From positions 64,001-128,000 of the forward strand of contig CAWEXO010000009.1 in NCBI GenBank assembly GCA_963813025.1: a stretch of 64,000 bases of DNA, in the 5' to 3' direction. Below the pieces are notes generated by a model. The model was not told the DNA's origin, searched no databases, and saw only the letters and a program-made list of their open reading frames with translations. The translations under genes and the position numbers were made by a program. Shown piece after piece: positions 9,712-21,181 of this stretch; within the stretch, counting starts at the first letter, position 1; each line of letters starts with the position of its first letter. Source of the DNA: an uncultured Verrucomicrobiae bacterium. Lineage in GTDB: Bacteria > Verrucomicrobiota > Verrucomicrobiia > Chthoniobacterales > JAFAMB01.

Positions 9712-9747
9712 ATAGGAGGAGATCACACGATCTCCTCCTATTTTTTT
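9712..9747 (+). terminator. Intrinsic terminator
   Basis: Perfect stem ATAGGAGGAGATC / GATCTCCTCCTAT, 4-nt loop, T7 tract. Confidence 0.9.
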
Positions 9748-9796
9748 GTCAATGCGGTAGGGCGAGAATTCAGAGACTGTCTCACAACCCCACGTT

Positions 9797-9963
9797 GGTA
9801 GGGGCAAGCTCCCGCTTGACCGGCAGTGCGCAGGCCATCTCTCGATCTGCACGAGGAGGGCCGCCTCCGCGAGGCTAGGGCGCAGCCTCCGGTCAAGCGA
9901 TTGTGGCATTCCATATCCGGGTCGCGACGAAGGCTTGTCCGTAGTCGGGAGCTCATCCCTGCC
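9797..9963. repeat. GTAG-type REP doublet (GGTAGGGGCAAGCTCCCGCTTGACC family)
   Basis: Matches the copies at 18841-18865 and 18893-18917. Confidence 0.75.
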
Positions 9964-10171
9964 GCACGCATCTTCATCGCGCCAACATGCCGAAAGCGGC
10001 TCGAAATAAATTCGAGCCTTAGCGAGAACTCGTTTGAGCCGGCCGCCGGATGGTCGTTCCCCAAAGAGCTCTCAAAGAAATTTCTCTTCATTGCCATCCC
10101 TGTACCTGCTGTCCGTGAAAATCTTGTTTTCCTGCGAGAATTTACGAGGAGCTGAACAGTTTGAAGGTTCA

Positions 10172-10229
10172 CCGGCATCCTGGGCGTGTCGGACTTTGGC
10201 TCTTGTCCCGAAGGGACATCGGGACTCAG
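10172..10229. repeat. About 58-bp dispersed repeat with a GTCCC-GAA-GGGAC hairpin
   Basis: Inverted near-identical copy at 26748-26805. Confidence 0.8.
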
Positions 10230-10369
10230 ATGACATGAGCCGATAACTAGCAGCACCCGAGCTAGGACACGGAACCAAGCAGCATCAGCTCTCAGGTCGC
10301 GGACGGGCTTTAGTCTGGCCACCACGCTGGGGCAGTGAGGCCTGCAACGCCTGGCGCGGGTTTCCCCTA

Positions 10370-10745
10370 TGATGGTGGGCACCAAGCTTTGGTGGGCGGT
10401 CTGCTGCTGATGGCGCTGCGGTCTACCAGTGGACGCCGCTCAAGCAAGCTTGCTTAAGGCATTGCCGGACGCCGCTGCACTTCCTACTGAGTTGCGCGCA
10501 AGACGGCACGGCCGGCGCTGTCCTCATGGGCTTACGTCATGGGTCCGTTGCCTGGGCTGCTGCTGGCTCTTGATGGCGGTTCTGTTCGCGGTCGGCGTGA
10601 TAACCTGATAACCTGGTCTGGATCGCCGCGCTCAGCCTGCTCGTGCTGGTGGAGAAACTCATTCCCAACGGAGTGTGGGTGGCCAAGGTGGCCGGGCTGA
10701 TCCTGATGGGCTGGGGGGCTGGATGGTCTTTTCGGGCGGAGCTTA
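10370..10745 (+). pseudogene. DUF2182-like metal-binding membrane protein fragment
   Basis: YQWTPLKQACLRHCRTPL, CLGCCWLLMAVLFAVG and LVLVEKL spread over broken frames; boundaries approximate. Confidence 0.75.
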
Positions 10746-10801
10746 GGCGCCTGGGCCAGAAACACATTGCGAGATATCCGCGAAAGTCTTCGCCCGAAAG
10801 A

Positions 10802-11338
10802 TCAGCTGGCAGAGCTGATCTTCAGGGCGCGATCGACGATGTCATCAACTGGCCATAAGCGTCCGATGCCTTCGTAACCACACGCCAGAAGGCCTTCTTC
10901 GGGCCCGATGAACTCTGCGCCGCGAGCGCGGAGGCGAGCCACGTTTTCCTGAGTCGCGGGATGCAACCACATCTTGCCATTCATGGCTGGCGCGATCAGC
11001 AGCGGAGCTTTTGTGGCCAGAGCGATCGCGGTGAGTGCGGTGTCCGCAAAACCGAAAGCGAGCTTCGCGATGATGTCGGCGGTGGCCGGCGCGATCAGCA
11101 GCAGCTGAGCGTTGTCCGCGAGCTCAATGTGACCGGGATGCCAATCGTCGCGTTCATCGAAGATGTCGGTCGTCACCGGATTACGCGAAAGGGTTTGCAG
11201 GGTGAGCGGGGTAATGAACTGAGCGGCCCCGCGGGTCATAACGATATGGAGGTCACAGCCCGCTTTCGCCAGTTTGCTCGTGAGATCGGCCGCTTTATAG
11301 GCCGCAATGGATGCTGTGATGCCAAGGACGATGTTCAC
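10802..11338 (-). CDS. coaC: Phosphopantothenoylcysteine decarboxylase (stand-alone CoaC flavoprotein domain)
   Basis: GITASIAAYKA, HIELA, APATAD, PAMN, LACG..GIGRL. Confidence 0.9.
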   Translation of the reverse strand: MNIVLGITASIAAYKAADLTSKLAKAGCDLHIVMTRGAAQFITPLTLQTLSRNPVTTDIFDERDDWHPGHIELADNAQLLLIAPATADIIAKLAFGFADTALTAIALATKAPLLIAPAMNGKMWLHPATQENVARLRARGAEFIGPEEGLLACGYEGIGRLWPVDDIVDRALKISSAS

Positions 11339-11470
11339 GGGAAAACGTTCTCCTTTTGCGTTTCACGTTTCAAGTTGCACGTTTTGCGGATGGAGCGGAA
11401 GATCGGCATCCCTGCCGGTCAAAGCAGGGGTGACAAGCAGCTAGTTAGCTTGCCGCCAAGCACCCCCAAG

Positions 11471-12343
11471 TCACTCGATGTTTTGAATCTGTTCGCGAAT
11501 TTTCTCCATCTCTCCTTTTGCGCGGACGACAAGCTGAGAGATCTCGGCATCGTTTGCTTTTGCGCTCAGGGTATTGAGTTCTCGCCCGATCTCCTGGCTC
11601 AGAAATTCGAGGGTTCGCCCAATTGCCTCTGGTTGTGCACAGGTTTCACGAAACTGGGTGAGATGCGATTCCAGCCGCGTGATTTCTTCCGAGAAGTCAG
11701 AGCGCTCGGCAAAAAAAACGATCTCGCGGCTTAAACGTTCTTCGTCGATCGCAAGGTCAAGACCAAGCTTTCGGATCCGCTCGTGCAGTTGCGCCCGAAA
11801 GCGAGGACCAACTCTGGGCTGCAAAGCGCGGATCTTTTCCAGATTGGCTTTGATCATTCGGATGCGGTCCTGCAAATCCTTTCGGAGATTACTTCCTTCG
11901 CGCTTCCGCATGGCAACGAGTTTGGTGAGCGCGGACTCGAGGGCATGCAGGGCGAGTTCGCGCACTTGCGGAGGAAGAGCCTTTTCCCGGGGAGCGGCGA
12001 TGACGCCGGGGGAGTTGAGGACGGTGTTGATTGTGACATCGCCGGTCGCACCGAGTTCTTTTTGCAATTCCTGGAATTCGTGCAAATACGTTCTGGCAAG
12101 GTCCCGGTTGAGCGAGGGCTGTACATTTGTTCCGACAACTTCGGCCAGGACGTTCACCATGATTCGTCCCCGGTGAACTTTTTGATCGATCAGCTCCCGC
12201 ATCTCGGTCTCAAGCTCGGCCAGGCGAGCGGGCAGGTTCAGAACTACCTCGACCTGACGTTTATTGACCGAGTGGATTTCGACGACCAGCTTGTTCCCTT
12301 GGCGCGCCACGTGAGCGCGCCCATAACCAGTCATACTACGCAT
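11471..12343 (-). CDS. yicC: YicC/YloC family endoribonuclease
   Basis: [45 protein letters not shown]. Confidence 0.93.
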   Translation of the reverse strand: MRSMTGYGRAHVARQGNKLVVEIHSVNKRQVEVVLNLPARLAELETEMRELIDQKVHRGRIMVNVLAEVVGTNVQPSLNRDLARTYLHEFQELQKELGATGDVTINTVLNSPGVIAAPREKALPPQVRELALHALESALTKLVAMRKREGSNLRKDLQDRIRMIKANLEKIRALQPRVGPRFRAQLHERIRKLGLDLAIDEERLSREIVFFAERSDFSEEITRLESHLTQFRETCAQPEAIGRTLEFLSQEIGRELNTLSAKANDAEISQLVVRAKGEMEKIREQIQNIE

Positions 12344-15300
12344 CGTGCGATTGATCGGCGGAAACATCGGCCGCCACAAATTGAACAGAATGCGAGGGGC
12401 GGGATGCGCCAAGGCTGCTATGATATTCTTGCAGAGATCGCACATCCAACCCTTTGATTTGGAGAGAGCGGATTGCGCGAATACTGGCCTCAACGCCGCT
12501 GATCGTCGTCAGGATCGGAATTCGCTGTGCGACGGCCAGACTACGAATACGCACTTCGTCGCGGCGCGGAGTATTCCCACTGGGCGTATTGATAATCAGA
12601 TCGATCTCCTCGTTCTTGATCATATCAAGGACATGCGGCCGGCCTTCGGAAAGCTTGAAGAGTTTCCGCACTGGCACTCGCGCGGCTTGCAGAGCCGCGG
12701 CGGTGCCGCTCGTTGCAAAAAGTTTGAATCCGAGGTTAACCAGATCCTGAGCGAGCGTTTTCATCGGACCTTTATCAGCATCCTTAACGCTAACGAAGAC
12801 GTTGCCTTCTCCGGGCAACGGAGGCTGCGCGGCCATCTGCGACTTAGCGTAAGCCAAACCCAGATCGTGGTCGATCCCCATAACCTCTCCGGTCGATTTC
12901 ATTTCCGGTCCCAAAATAATATCGATTCCTGGAAAACGAATGAAGGGGAACACCGCTTCTTTGACAGAATAATGATCGGGAACTATCTCTTCGGTGAAGC
13001 CCAGGTCCCGCAAGCTTTTTCCGGTCATAACTTTTGCGGCTAACTTCGCCAGCGGTACACCGATCGCTTTGCTGACAAATGGCACGGTCCGGGACGCTCG
13101 CGGGTTCACCTCAAGGACATACACTTCGTCGTTTTTTACGGCGAACTGTACATTCATCAGGCCACAGACGCGCAGCTCGGCGGCCATTGCCTTCGTTGCT
13201 CGGGTGATGTGCTTAATAACCGTTGGAGAGAGCGAGAAAGCGGGAATAACACAAGCACTATCGCCGCTGTGAATACCAGCTTGTTCGATGTGTTGCATGA
13301 TCGCCCCAATCACCGACAGTTCGCCGTCGGCGATGCAGTCGACATCCACTTCGATGGCGTCTTCCAGAAAGCGGTCAACCAATACCGGACGGTCCGGGCT
13401 CGACGCCACGGCTAGGCGGACGTAGCGCCGGAGGTCTTGTTCCTGGTAGACTATCTCCATCGCGCGACCGCCCAGCACAAAGGAGGGGCGGACCAAAATG
13501 GGATAACCAACCGAAGCCGCGACGCGCACTGCTTCCTCCTCGCTGGTAGCGGTTCCGTTCGGCGGCTGATTCAAACCGAGGCGTTGGAGCAGGGCCGAAA
13601 AGTGTTTCCGGTCTTCCGCCAGCTCGATGCTCCGAGGTTGGGTGCCGATGATCCTGACACCGTGCGCCTGCAAGGCAGCAGCGAGATTCAAAGGAGTTTG
13701 GCCGCCGAACTGAACGATTGCCGCCCAGCAATCCTCCCGCTGATAAATGTTAAGCACGTCTTCGAGGGTGAGCGGTTCGAAATAGAGTTTGTCGCTGGTA
13801 TCATAGTCAGTCGAAACCGTTTCCGGGTTCGAGTTCACCATGATCGTTTCGAATCCTTCTTCTCTCAGAGCAAAGGCGGCATGCACGCAGCAATAATCGA
13901 ACTCAATCCCCTGACCAATACGGTTCGGGCCGCCGCCCAGGATCATGACTTTGCGTGAGGTGCCGACCCGGGTTTCATTCTCTTCGCCGTAAGTCGAATA
14001 ATAGTAAGGCGTATACGCCTCGAACTCGGCGGCGCAGGTATCAACCAGTCGATACGTCGGAACCGTCCCGGTCTTGAGGCGCTCCGCACGAACCTCGTCT
14101 TCCCCGCGTTGAGTCAAATGCGCGATTTGCGGGTCAGAGAAACCCAGTTGTTTGGCGCGAAGCAGCCCGGTCACGCCGGCCGCGATCTTTGGTTCCTCGC
14201 TGACGATCTCGCGGATGTTCTCCAGAAACCAGGGATCAATGCCGGTTAGTTCATGAATGCGGGCGATCGGAAAACCGGCTTGAACCGCATATCGAATGTA
14301 GAAAAGGCGGTCCCAGGAGGGATTGATCAGTTTGCGCTCCAGTTCCGCGAAATCCCAATCGCCCGTTTCGGCTCGTGGCTCCTGATCGCGACCATCGGCG
14401 CCTAAACCGAAGCGGCCGATCTCCAGAGAGCGGATCGCCTTCTGGAGAGCCTCCTTGAAGGTTCTCCCGATCGCCATCGCTTCTCCGACGCTCTTCATCT
14501 GGGTTGTAAGCGTGGGATCTGCCTGCGGGAATTTTTCAAAGGTGAACCGAGGTATCTTGACGACGCAATAGTCGATCACGGGTTCGAAACTAGCCGGTGT
14601 TTCCCGAGTAATGTCGTTGCGAATTTCATCCAAGGTGAACCCGACCGCGAGTTTTGCGGCGATCTTCGCAATCGGAAATCCGGTCGCTTTTGAGGCGAGG
14701 GCCGAGGATCGCGACACACGTGGATTCATCTCAATGACGGCCATCCGGCCGGTTTTCGGATTTACGGCAAACTGGATATTTGAACCGCCGGTCTCGACCC
14801 CGATTTCGCGAATCACTGCGAACGAGGCGTCGCGCATCATCTGAAACTCGCGATCGGTCAAGGTTTGCGCCGGCGCCACGGTGATGGAGTCGCCGGTGTG
14901 CACGCCCATGGGATCAAAGTTTTCGATCGAACAAACGACGACGCAGTTGTCGAGCCGGTCGCGCATGACTTCCATTTCGAACTCTTTCCAACCTAGGAGA
15001 GACTCCTCGATCAGCACTTCACTGACTGGGGATAGGTCGAGACCGCGCCGGACGATCTCCTCGAACTCGGGACGATTGTAAGCGATGCCGCCGCCAGCTC
15101 CTCCTAGCGTATAGGCGGGCCGGATGATCAAAGGGAACTCGCCGATCGCGGCGGCGACGTCGCGCGCTTCGTCGAGCTGATGAGCGGTTCCGGATCGCGG
15201 CACGTCGAACCCGATCCGGAGCATCGCTTCTTTGAACAGCTGGCGATCCTCACCTTTGGCGATCGCTTCCGCATTCGCTCCGATGAGCTTGACTTGGTAG

Positions 15301-15629
15301 CGATCGAGCACGCCGCGCCGATAGAGTTCCATCGCGGTGTTCAGACCGGTCTGGCCGCCCAGCGTTGGCAATAAAGCATCGACGCGCTCACGCCGGATGA
15401 TGCGCTCGACGATGTCCGCGGTAATTGGCTCGATATAAGTCCGGTCGGCAAACTCAGGATCGGTCATGATCGTTGCCGGGTTGGAGTTCACCAGCACGAT
15501 TTCGTAACCCTCCTCGCGCAGTGCTTTGCAGGCTTGCACGCCGGAATAATCAAATTCGCAACCCTGCCCAATGACGATCGGTCCCGAACCAATCAACAGA
15601 ATTTTGTGCAACTCAGTGTTTTTCGGCAT
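12336..15629 (-). CDS. carB: Carbamoyl-phosphate synthase large subunit
   Basis: [18 protein letters not shown], duplicated ATP-grasp, MGS domain; start MPKNTE. Confidence 0.98.
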   Translation of the reverse strand: MPKNTELHKILLIGSGPIVIGQGCEFDYSGVQACKALREEGYEIVLVNSNPATIMTDPEFADRTYIEPITADIVERIIRRERVDALLPTLGGQTGLNTAMELYRRGVLDRYQVKLIGANAEAIAKGEDRQLFKEAMLRIGFDVPRSGTAHQLDEARDVAAAIGEFPLIIRPAYTLGGAGGGIAYNRPEFEEIVRRGLDLSPVSEVLIEESLLGWKEFEMEVMRDRLDNCVVVCSIENFDPMGVHTGDSITVAPAQTLTDREFQMMRDASFAVIREIGVETGGSNIQFAVNPKTGRMAVIEMNPRVSRSSALASKATGFPIAKIAAKLAVGFTLDEIRNDITRETPASFEPVIDYCVVKIPRFTFEKFPQADPTLTTQMKSVGEAMAIGRTFKEALQKAIRSLEIGRFGLGADGRDQEPRAETGDWDFAELERKLINPSWDRLFYIRYAVQAGFPIARIHELTGIDPWFLENIREIVSEEPKIAAGVTGLLRAKQLGFSDPQIAHLTQRGEDEVRAERLKTGTVPTYRLVDTCAAEFEAYTPYYYSTYGEENETRVGTSRKVMILGGGPNRIGQGIEFDYCCVHAAFALREEGFETIMVNSNPETVSTDYDTSDKLYFEPLTLEDVLNIYQREDCWAAIVQFGGQTPLNLAAALQAHGVRIIGTQPRSIELAEDRKHFSALLQRLGLNQPPNGTATSEEEAVRVAASVGYPILVRPSFVLGGRAMEIVYQEQDLRRYVRLAVASSPDRPVLVDRFLEDAIEVDVDCIADGELSVIGAIMQHIEQAGIHSGDSACVIPAFSLSPTVIKHITRATKAMAAELRVCGLMNVQFAVKNDEVYVLEVNPRASRTVPFVSKAIGVPLAKLAAKVMTGKSLRDLGFTEEIVPDHYSVKEAVFPFIRFPGIDIILGPEMKSTGEVMGIDHDLGLAYAKSQMAAQPPLPGEGNVFVSVKDADKGPMKTLAQDLVNLGFKLFATSGTAAALQAARVPVRKLFKLSEGRPHVLDMIKNEEIDLIINTPSGNTPRRDEVRIRSLAVAQRIPILTTISGVEASIRAIRSLQIKGLDVRSLQEYHSSLGASRPSHSVQFVAADVSADQSHDA

Positions 15630-15656
15630 GAGCGGAGCTAGCTTAACAGCTGACCC

Positions 15657-15871
15657 TTGGCAGTCAATGCAAGCGGCGGGAGCGGATTCAGCGGCGGGAG
15701 GTAGGTAACAGCGGACCAAGACCAGCGAATCACACTTGCCCCGGGTGTATTCGATCTGAGCGAGCTTCAGCTGTTCAACTACTGCGCTCTTGCGCTACTT
15801 CCCTCCGCTGAACCCGCTTCCGCCGCTCCCTCCGCGCTCCGCCCGCTCCCGCCGCTTTCATTGACTGCCAA
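15657..15871. promoter_or_regulatory. Divergent carB/trpS intergenic region with a 29-bp inverted repeat, each arm carrying TTGACT
   Basis: 15657-15685 vs 15843-15871 match 28/29. Confidence 0.6.
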
Positions 15872-15895
15872 CTGTTCAGCTGGTTAGCTGCCGCC

Positions 15896-16861
15896 ATGGT
15901 TCGTATTTTAACGGGCTTTCAGCCGACTGGGGTTCTGCATATCGGCAATTATTTCGGCGCCATCAAACCGGCGGTCGAGTTGCAGGCCAAGGGTGAAGGC
16001 TTCTATTTCATCGCTGATTACCATGCCTTGACCTCGGTGCAGGATCCGGCCGCACTGCGGAACTTTATCAGGGAGGCCGCGATTGATCTCCTGGCCTGCG
16101 GCATCGATCCGGCAAAAACCTGTCTTTTCCGCCAATCGGATGTTCCTGCCGTTGCTGAATTGACGTGGATTCTCAGCACAGTGACTTCGATGGGACTGCT
16201 GGAACGCGCCCATTCGTACAAGGACAAGCTCGCCCGCGGGTTACCGGCTTCACATGGCCTCTTCGCTTACCCGGTGTTGATGGCGGCCGACATTCTGCTT
16301 TACGAAACGGATATCGTGCCAGTCGGGAGAGATCAGAAACAACATCTGGAGATTACCCGGGATATCGCCAGTCGTTTCAACGATCTGTATGGTCCCGTCT
16401 TGAAATTGCCGGAGCCGAGTATTCGCGAGGAGGTGGCTACGATCGTCGGTCTGGACGGTCAGAAAATGAGCAAGAGCTATGGCAATACGATTGAAATCTT
16501 CCTCCCGGAGAAAGCGTTGCGAAAGAAGGTGATGAGCATCGTCACAGATTCGTTGCCCGTGGAAGCGCCAAAAGACCCGGCACGCTCCACGGTTCTCGAT
16601 CTTTACCGGCTCTTTGCCTCACCGGAAGAAGTGGCGCGCATGGAGGCGGAATATCGGAATGGGGGAGTCGGCTACGGAGAGTTCAAGAAGAGACTCTTCG
16701 AACATATTTGGGAATCGTTTCGGGTGATTCGAGATCGTCGTGCGGCGAACGTGTCGGACCCGGAGCAGGTCGACACGATTCTGGAACGAGGGGCAACGAA
16801 AGCTCGTACGGTTGCCGCGACGGTAATGCATAAAGTGCGGGCGGCAGTCGGCCTTGCGTAA
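15896..16861 (+). CDS. trpS: Tryptophan--tRNA ligase
   Basis: GFQPTGVLHIGNY, YPVLMAADIL, VPVGRDQKQH, KMSKS. Confidence 0.98.
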   Translation: MVRILTGFQPTGVLHIGNYFGAIKPAVELQAKGEGFYFIADYHALTSVQDPAALRNFIREAAIDLLACGIDPAKTCLFRQSDVPAVAELTWILSTVTSMGLLERAHSYKDKLARGLPASHGLFAYPVLMAADILLYETDIVPVGRDQKQHLEITRDIASRFNDLYGPVLKLPEPSIREEVATIVGLDGQKMSKSYGNTIEIFLPEKALRKKVMSIVTDSLPVEAPKDPARSTVLDLYRLFASPEEVARMEAEYRNGGVGYGEFKKRLFEHIWESFRVIRDRRAANVSDPEQVDTILERGATKARTVAATVMHKVRAAVGLA

Positions 16862-16883
16862 GCCTGCCCCAGCCGCGCGTCTC

Positions 16884-17103
16884 GCGTAGCGCGGACGGCC
16901 TCGTCCGTATCTTGGAGATGGCACTGTGGAGCACGGAAAGACCGGGCCTGACGGATTGGCAAGAGCTCGTGGGTCCACCTTGAGTCGCGCAGCTGGCTAA
17001 CCGGCAGCGTTTGAGGTTTTCCTAGGCGTTTGGTGGGGACGCTGGCTATCCGCTCAGGCCGCTAAGTCCGCGTAGATTACGGACGGGGCCGTCCGCGCTA
17101 CGC
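16884..17103. repeat. REP doublet (GCGTAGCGCGGACGGCC(T/C)CGTCCGTA family), inverted pair
   Basis: Arms 16884-16909 and 17074-17103; other copies at 65-94 and 51514-51698. Confidence 0.85.
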
Positions 17104-17246
17104 TCAAGCCGCTGCCTGCTCACTTTTTTTTGCGTCGGAATGAAGTTGCCAAACGAATCAATTCGGTAGTGAACAGAGTTTAACAGGGACGCGGGAGTTG
17201 CTGGCCCGAACCGGCCGGCCACTCGGAGCGGTAAGCAGGTAAGGTT

Positions 17247-17477
17247 ATGATTCATAGTAACACAACACATCAGATCGAAGAGCCACTGGCCTCTGAAAAA
17301 ATTCAGATCGATCGGAAAGTTTTCTTTCTGGATCTGAAAGAGAATCAGCGAGGCCGTTTCCTTAAGATTACCGAGGACGTCGGCGGACGCCGCGATACCA
17401 TCATGTTGCCGGCGGCTGCCTTTCAGGATTTTCTCGACGCGCTGAGCCGAATTGTCAGCGTTGAGCAAAAGCTTTGA
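17247..17477 (+). CDS. PUR-alpha / DUF3276-like single-repeat ssDNA/RNA-binding protein
   Basis: SEKIQIDRKVFFLDLKENQRGRFLKITE..GRRDTIMLP. Confidence 0.85.
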   Translation: MIHSNTTHQIEEPLASEKIQIDRKVFFLDLKENQRGRFLKITEDVGGRRDTIMLPAAAFQDFLDALSRIVSVEQKL

Positions 17478-17492
17478 GCTTGCACCGAGGTC

Positions 17493-18740
17493 TCAGATCT
17501 TTTCTTTGCAGGCAGCTATCAGGGTACGCTCTGCCGCCATCAGAGATTCCCAAATCTCGTGGTGTCGAGGCTCGTAACGGTTATCCTGCAACGCCGCCAT
17601 CTGACGTCGCAGGCTGATCATTTCTTCAAACTTAGCCAGGTGCGTCTGATAAAGTTCTCGAAGAAAGCGGATTGATCCCGGGCGCTGTTCCCAGACTGAG
17701 CCAAACGACTCGAGGAAATCGCGGGCGTAAACAATCTCACCTCTTTCGTGATGCTGCCAAATGTCGGGAGAGGGCTCAGGCTGATCAAGCAGAAGCGGCC
17801 CGAGGTAAAGATTCTGGAGCATGCCGTTGAGGTAGTGCACTTGTGAACGGCGATCGCGATCGCTTTCGAATTCCGAAAAGCCCCAGGCAAAAAGTAGTCC
17901 AGGATCTTCCAGGTCGTCTGGATAGCGCTCCGCGTACCACTCAAAAAACTCGCTCACCTGCTCCGTCTGCTGGTTCAGCAGGAGGAGCAGAGGAAGAATA
18001 AACCGGGCTCCCGCATGATCCGTGGGATTTGTAGCCAGCGCGTCACGCGCCAGAGCAATTGCTTCGGCGATTTGCCCTTGTTGCCAGGCGACGAGGAGAC
18101 GTCCATGCCGCGCCCGGATGTGTACCTCAGTTGAATTCGGTGTCGCTGCGCGAAGGGCAGCCCGGAATCCTTCGTCGGCCTTTTCCAAGTTACCCTCCTG
18201 CAATTCTATGTCGGCTGATTCGAGCAAAGCCTCCGGAAAATCCGGCGCCAACTCGAGAGCTTTGGCCAGGAGCGCCCGACGCTTTTCCGGTGATTGAAAA
18301 TAGCGAATGGCTAAAACCAATCCCCGGGCGATAGTTTCTGGAGGATCCGCTGGCATATCTGGTTTTCTCATTCCTGGAAAAGAGAGCGAGAGTGCCGGGC
18401 TCGACTCGCTGACCGGCTGCTTGGTTGAACCGACGAGATGCACCTGAAACCCATACTCCCTCGCTAGAAACGGCCAGAAATCCTCATTCCAATCGTCTGT
18501 CTCAGGCACCAGGAGTTCATCCGGCACGCCCTTGGTTTGAAAAAGACGATCCAGAAAAAGCTCAACGCGGTGTTGATCTATTTCACGAACGACCTCGTGA
18601 GCCAGAATGGCGCGGGACTTGCGTTGCGTGACATACAAGATTGTTGGAAGAAGATAGACGACGCCAAATTGCACTGGTGTCGGCACATCCGCCCAGTTCA
18701 GAATCCACACTTCCCGAGTGGTTCGCAGCGGCTGAATCAT
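17493..18740 (-). CDS. Tetratricopeptide-repeat hypothetical protein
   Basis: 415-aa ORF; TPR-like ALLAKALELAP and AIALARDALATNP. Confidence 0.75.
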   Translation of the reverse strand: MIQPLRTTREVWILNWADVPTPVQFGVVYLLPTILYVTQRKSRAILAHEVVREIDQHRVELFLDRLFQTKGVPDELLVPETDDWNEDFWPFLAREYGFQVHLVGSTKQPVSESSPALSLSFPGMRKPDMPADPPETIARGLVLAIRYFQSPEKRRALLAKALELAPDFPEALLESADIELQEGNLEKADEGFRAALRAATPNSTEVHIRARHGRLLVAWQQGQIAEAIALARDALATNPTDHAGARFILPLLLLLNQQTEQVSEFFEWYAERYPDDLEDPGLLFAWGFSEFESDRDRRSQVHYLNGMLQNLYLGPLLLDQPEPSPDIWQHHERGEIVYARDFLESFGSVWEQRPGSIRFLRELYQTHLAKFEEMISLRRQMAALQDNRYEPRHHEIWESLMAAERTLIAACKEKI

Positions 18741-18840
18741 ACGTTAATGGTAGGGGTATCCGCGTGCCACTGCCGGGCCTGTTCCGAGAGAAGAAAATTT
18801 ATCCGAGCATCTTTCGAAATCGCGTCAGAATACGAGGAGT

Positions 18841-18917
18841 GGTAGGGATGAGCTCCTGCTCGTCCGGATCGCGAGCTGGACTGCGCTCTAATGGTCAAGC
18901 AGGAGCTTGCCCCTACC
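18841..18917. repeat. GTAG-type REP doublet
   Basis: GGTAGGGATGAGCTCCTGCTCGTCC ... GGTCAAGCAGGAGCTTGCCCCTACC. Confidence 0.8.
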
Positions 18918-18990
18918 GGCCTTGGGTAGATGGAGCTCTTCATCTGAAGCGAAAATTAGGCGATGGACGCGATTTTTATGGGTAGAGCGA

Positions 18991-19524
18991 TCACCAGGCG
19001 ACGGGCAGCCGCTGTTTCTGGCTGAATTTGTCGAGATAAAACAGTTCCTTTTGGGAGATTCCATACTCGTGCACCAGTCTAGTAAGCTTTACATCGAAAC
19101 AACAGTACTCCGCGATTGAAAGCAGCCTCTTTTTTCGCCACCATTTGATCGCGTCCACCCCGTCAGCGGTTTTGCGCAGGCCGAGCGTTGCCTGCGCGAT
19201 GTTGTCGAGTCTGGGTTTACTTCCGGTCTGCTTCTCAATTTCGGTTAGCAGATCCAGAGTGAGCAAACAGTGAGGAAGATCCAGTACGGTGTACCCCATC
19301 AGCACGGCATAATCGAAATTGATGATATTGAAACCGACGACGAGGTCGGCCGCCAGCAAGTGTTGAATCATTTGGTCGACCCGCGTTTCCGAAAAGATCT
19401 GATAGCGGTGGCTGGCCGTGCTGTAGGTCACGGCCAATGAGATTCGCATATCCTGTTTACGGTCCCAGCCTCCCACGTCATGCGCTGTGCCTTGAGTCTC
19501 TAAATCAAAGTAAACGATGTTCAT
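18991..19524 (-). CDS. RNase H-like (YprB/RNase_H_2) exonuclease-domain protein
   Basis: YFDLET, VVGFNIINFD, LDNIAQATLG, YCCFDV. Confidence 0.85.
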   Translation of the reverse strand: MNIVYFDLETQGTAHDVGGWDRKQDMRISLAVTYSTASHRYQIFSETRVDQMIQHLLAADLVVGFNIINFDYAVLMGYTVLDLPHCLLTLDLLTEIEKQTGSKPRLDNIAQATLGLRKTADGVDAIKWWRKKRLLSIAEYCCFDVKLTRLVHEYGISQKELFYLDKFSQKQRLPVAW

Positions 19525-19595
19525 TGAGTGAACCGGAATGGACTATTCGTTTCGAAGGCTTTGCTTGAGTTTCGAGTCCACCCGGAATGTCGCTC

Positions 19596-21181
19596 TCAAT
19601 CAAAGGAACCCGCATCGAATCGATAAAGATTCTCGAGGCCAGTGACTTTGTACTCTTCAACCACGGTTCCGTCTGAGACATAAACACGCAGTTCTTTTTC
19701 GCCGCGCAAATCCCAGCGCACTTGTTTTACATTCTTGGTTTCGCAGATCTGGAATAGCGGCAATCCATCGGAATTATAAATCCAGACGCCCGACGCATCG
19801 GCTGCCGCAGTTAGCTGGAAAGGGGGTTGGCGGGTGTTTTCCATCGGATTATTTGCCGGCTTGATGAATACCGCGGGCGAATCCGTGCGCGTTTCTGCTG
19901 GTACCACCGATCCATTTCGCAGATCGAAGTAACTGAAATTAGTCAAAGATCGGTCTAGCCATTTTTCCCAAAGTGATTGGCGGGAGTCGGCATTTTGCCA
20001 ACGAAGTCCGACCAATCGCGTGCCGGCGCCGAGATTGATCGTCAGCAGCAGTGAATCGGTATTTCGAGATCCCGCAATCGACCGGGCATCCCGCAGATCG
20101 GCCGGTAATGGTATTTCCCGGATTTGCCCTCCGGTGAGATCCACCTGTTCGAGGAAAGTGTTGCTGTTGTCGTGGCTCAGCAGCCAAACCGTATCTCCAC
20201 GTCCAGCTGCCAGATCGAGCAACAACCTGGCGCTCGCGCGATCGATCTGAAGAAATCCGCCGTTCTGCATTTTCCACAATTCGCCCGCTTGGTTCGCCGC
20301 GACCAATGAGGTCTCAAGCACCGCACACTTGGTGGATTCGCCACCCGGCATTGACAAGTCCCGGAACCCGGTCGCTGCAGTAGTGCTCGCTGGCTCAACT
20401 TTGATCGCGGCCGGCGATGTGCCGGCATCGGCGGGTGGGCTCGGAGAAGGGGTTGGACTGCTGAGCAGCTCCGACTGGTCCGCTGGCAGATCTTCTTTCA
20501 GCAGCAGAAAGCTGTTTTGCGCCACCAACAGCCGATTCGCGTATTGATCGGCGTCGCGGATGCCGGACAGGGGTTGAGTCCATTGAAGAGTCCCCGTTCC
20601 GCGCTCAAGAAAGCAAGGCGGTCTTTTCCGAAGAGCAGGATGCCTGCTCCCGCCCCTTTGATCTGGTCGCCTGGCTCTGTCACTGGATAGACGGTGGGCG
20701 ACGTTCCCTTCGAAGGAAGCACAATTATCTCGCGCGCCCCGGCCTGAGCGAGCACCGCTATTCGATCTTCCGACAGCAAGGTGGCGGAGAGGATTTTGCG
20801 CGGCCTTGTTTCGCGCGGCAGATCGACCCAATCGTTCAGATGAAACGCTACGCCGTCGACCTGAACGTCGCCGATCAGGACTCCGTGCGCTGAATAACGG
20901 CCCGGGGGAGTCGGGTGTCCCCTAGCGTCGTTGCCGTCCCACTGGATCACCAGTCCATTCAAGCCGGCCTTGAAGCTGTCGATAGCTCCTGCCCGGCGTA
21001 AAACTCGCACCAGCTTTCCGCGTTCGTCGAAGACACCCAGACCGATAACTCCCTCGATCGGAGGCGGAGCAAACATCAGCTGTCGTCCGGTGGTCGTTTC
21101 CTGTGCCGGCTGACCGATCAAGTTGGAGCAAACCGGCATTAGCACGAACAGTGCGACCATGTGCCGGAAAAACCTAGGCAT
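19596..21181 (-). CDS. Secreted hypothetical protein with N-terminal FlgD-like Ig motif; frameshifted near 20500-20600
   Basis: Signal peptide, GVFDERGKLVRVL..WDGNDARG..PPGRY; continues in the 19596..20831 frame. Confidence 0.65.

Noticed and set aside
9514..10385. Minus-strand ORFs of 131 and 215 aa
   Set aside because: Antisense shadows of the PAKK microprotein and REP repeats.
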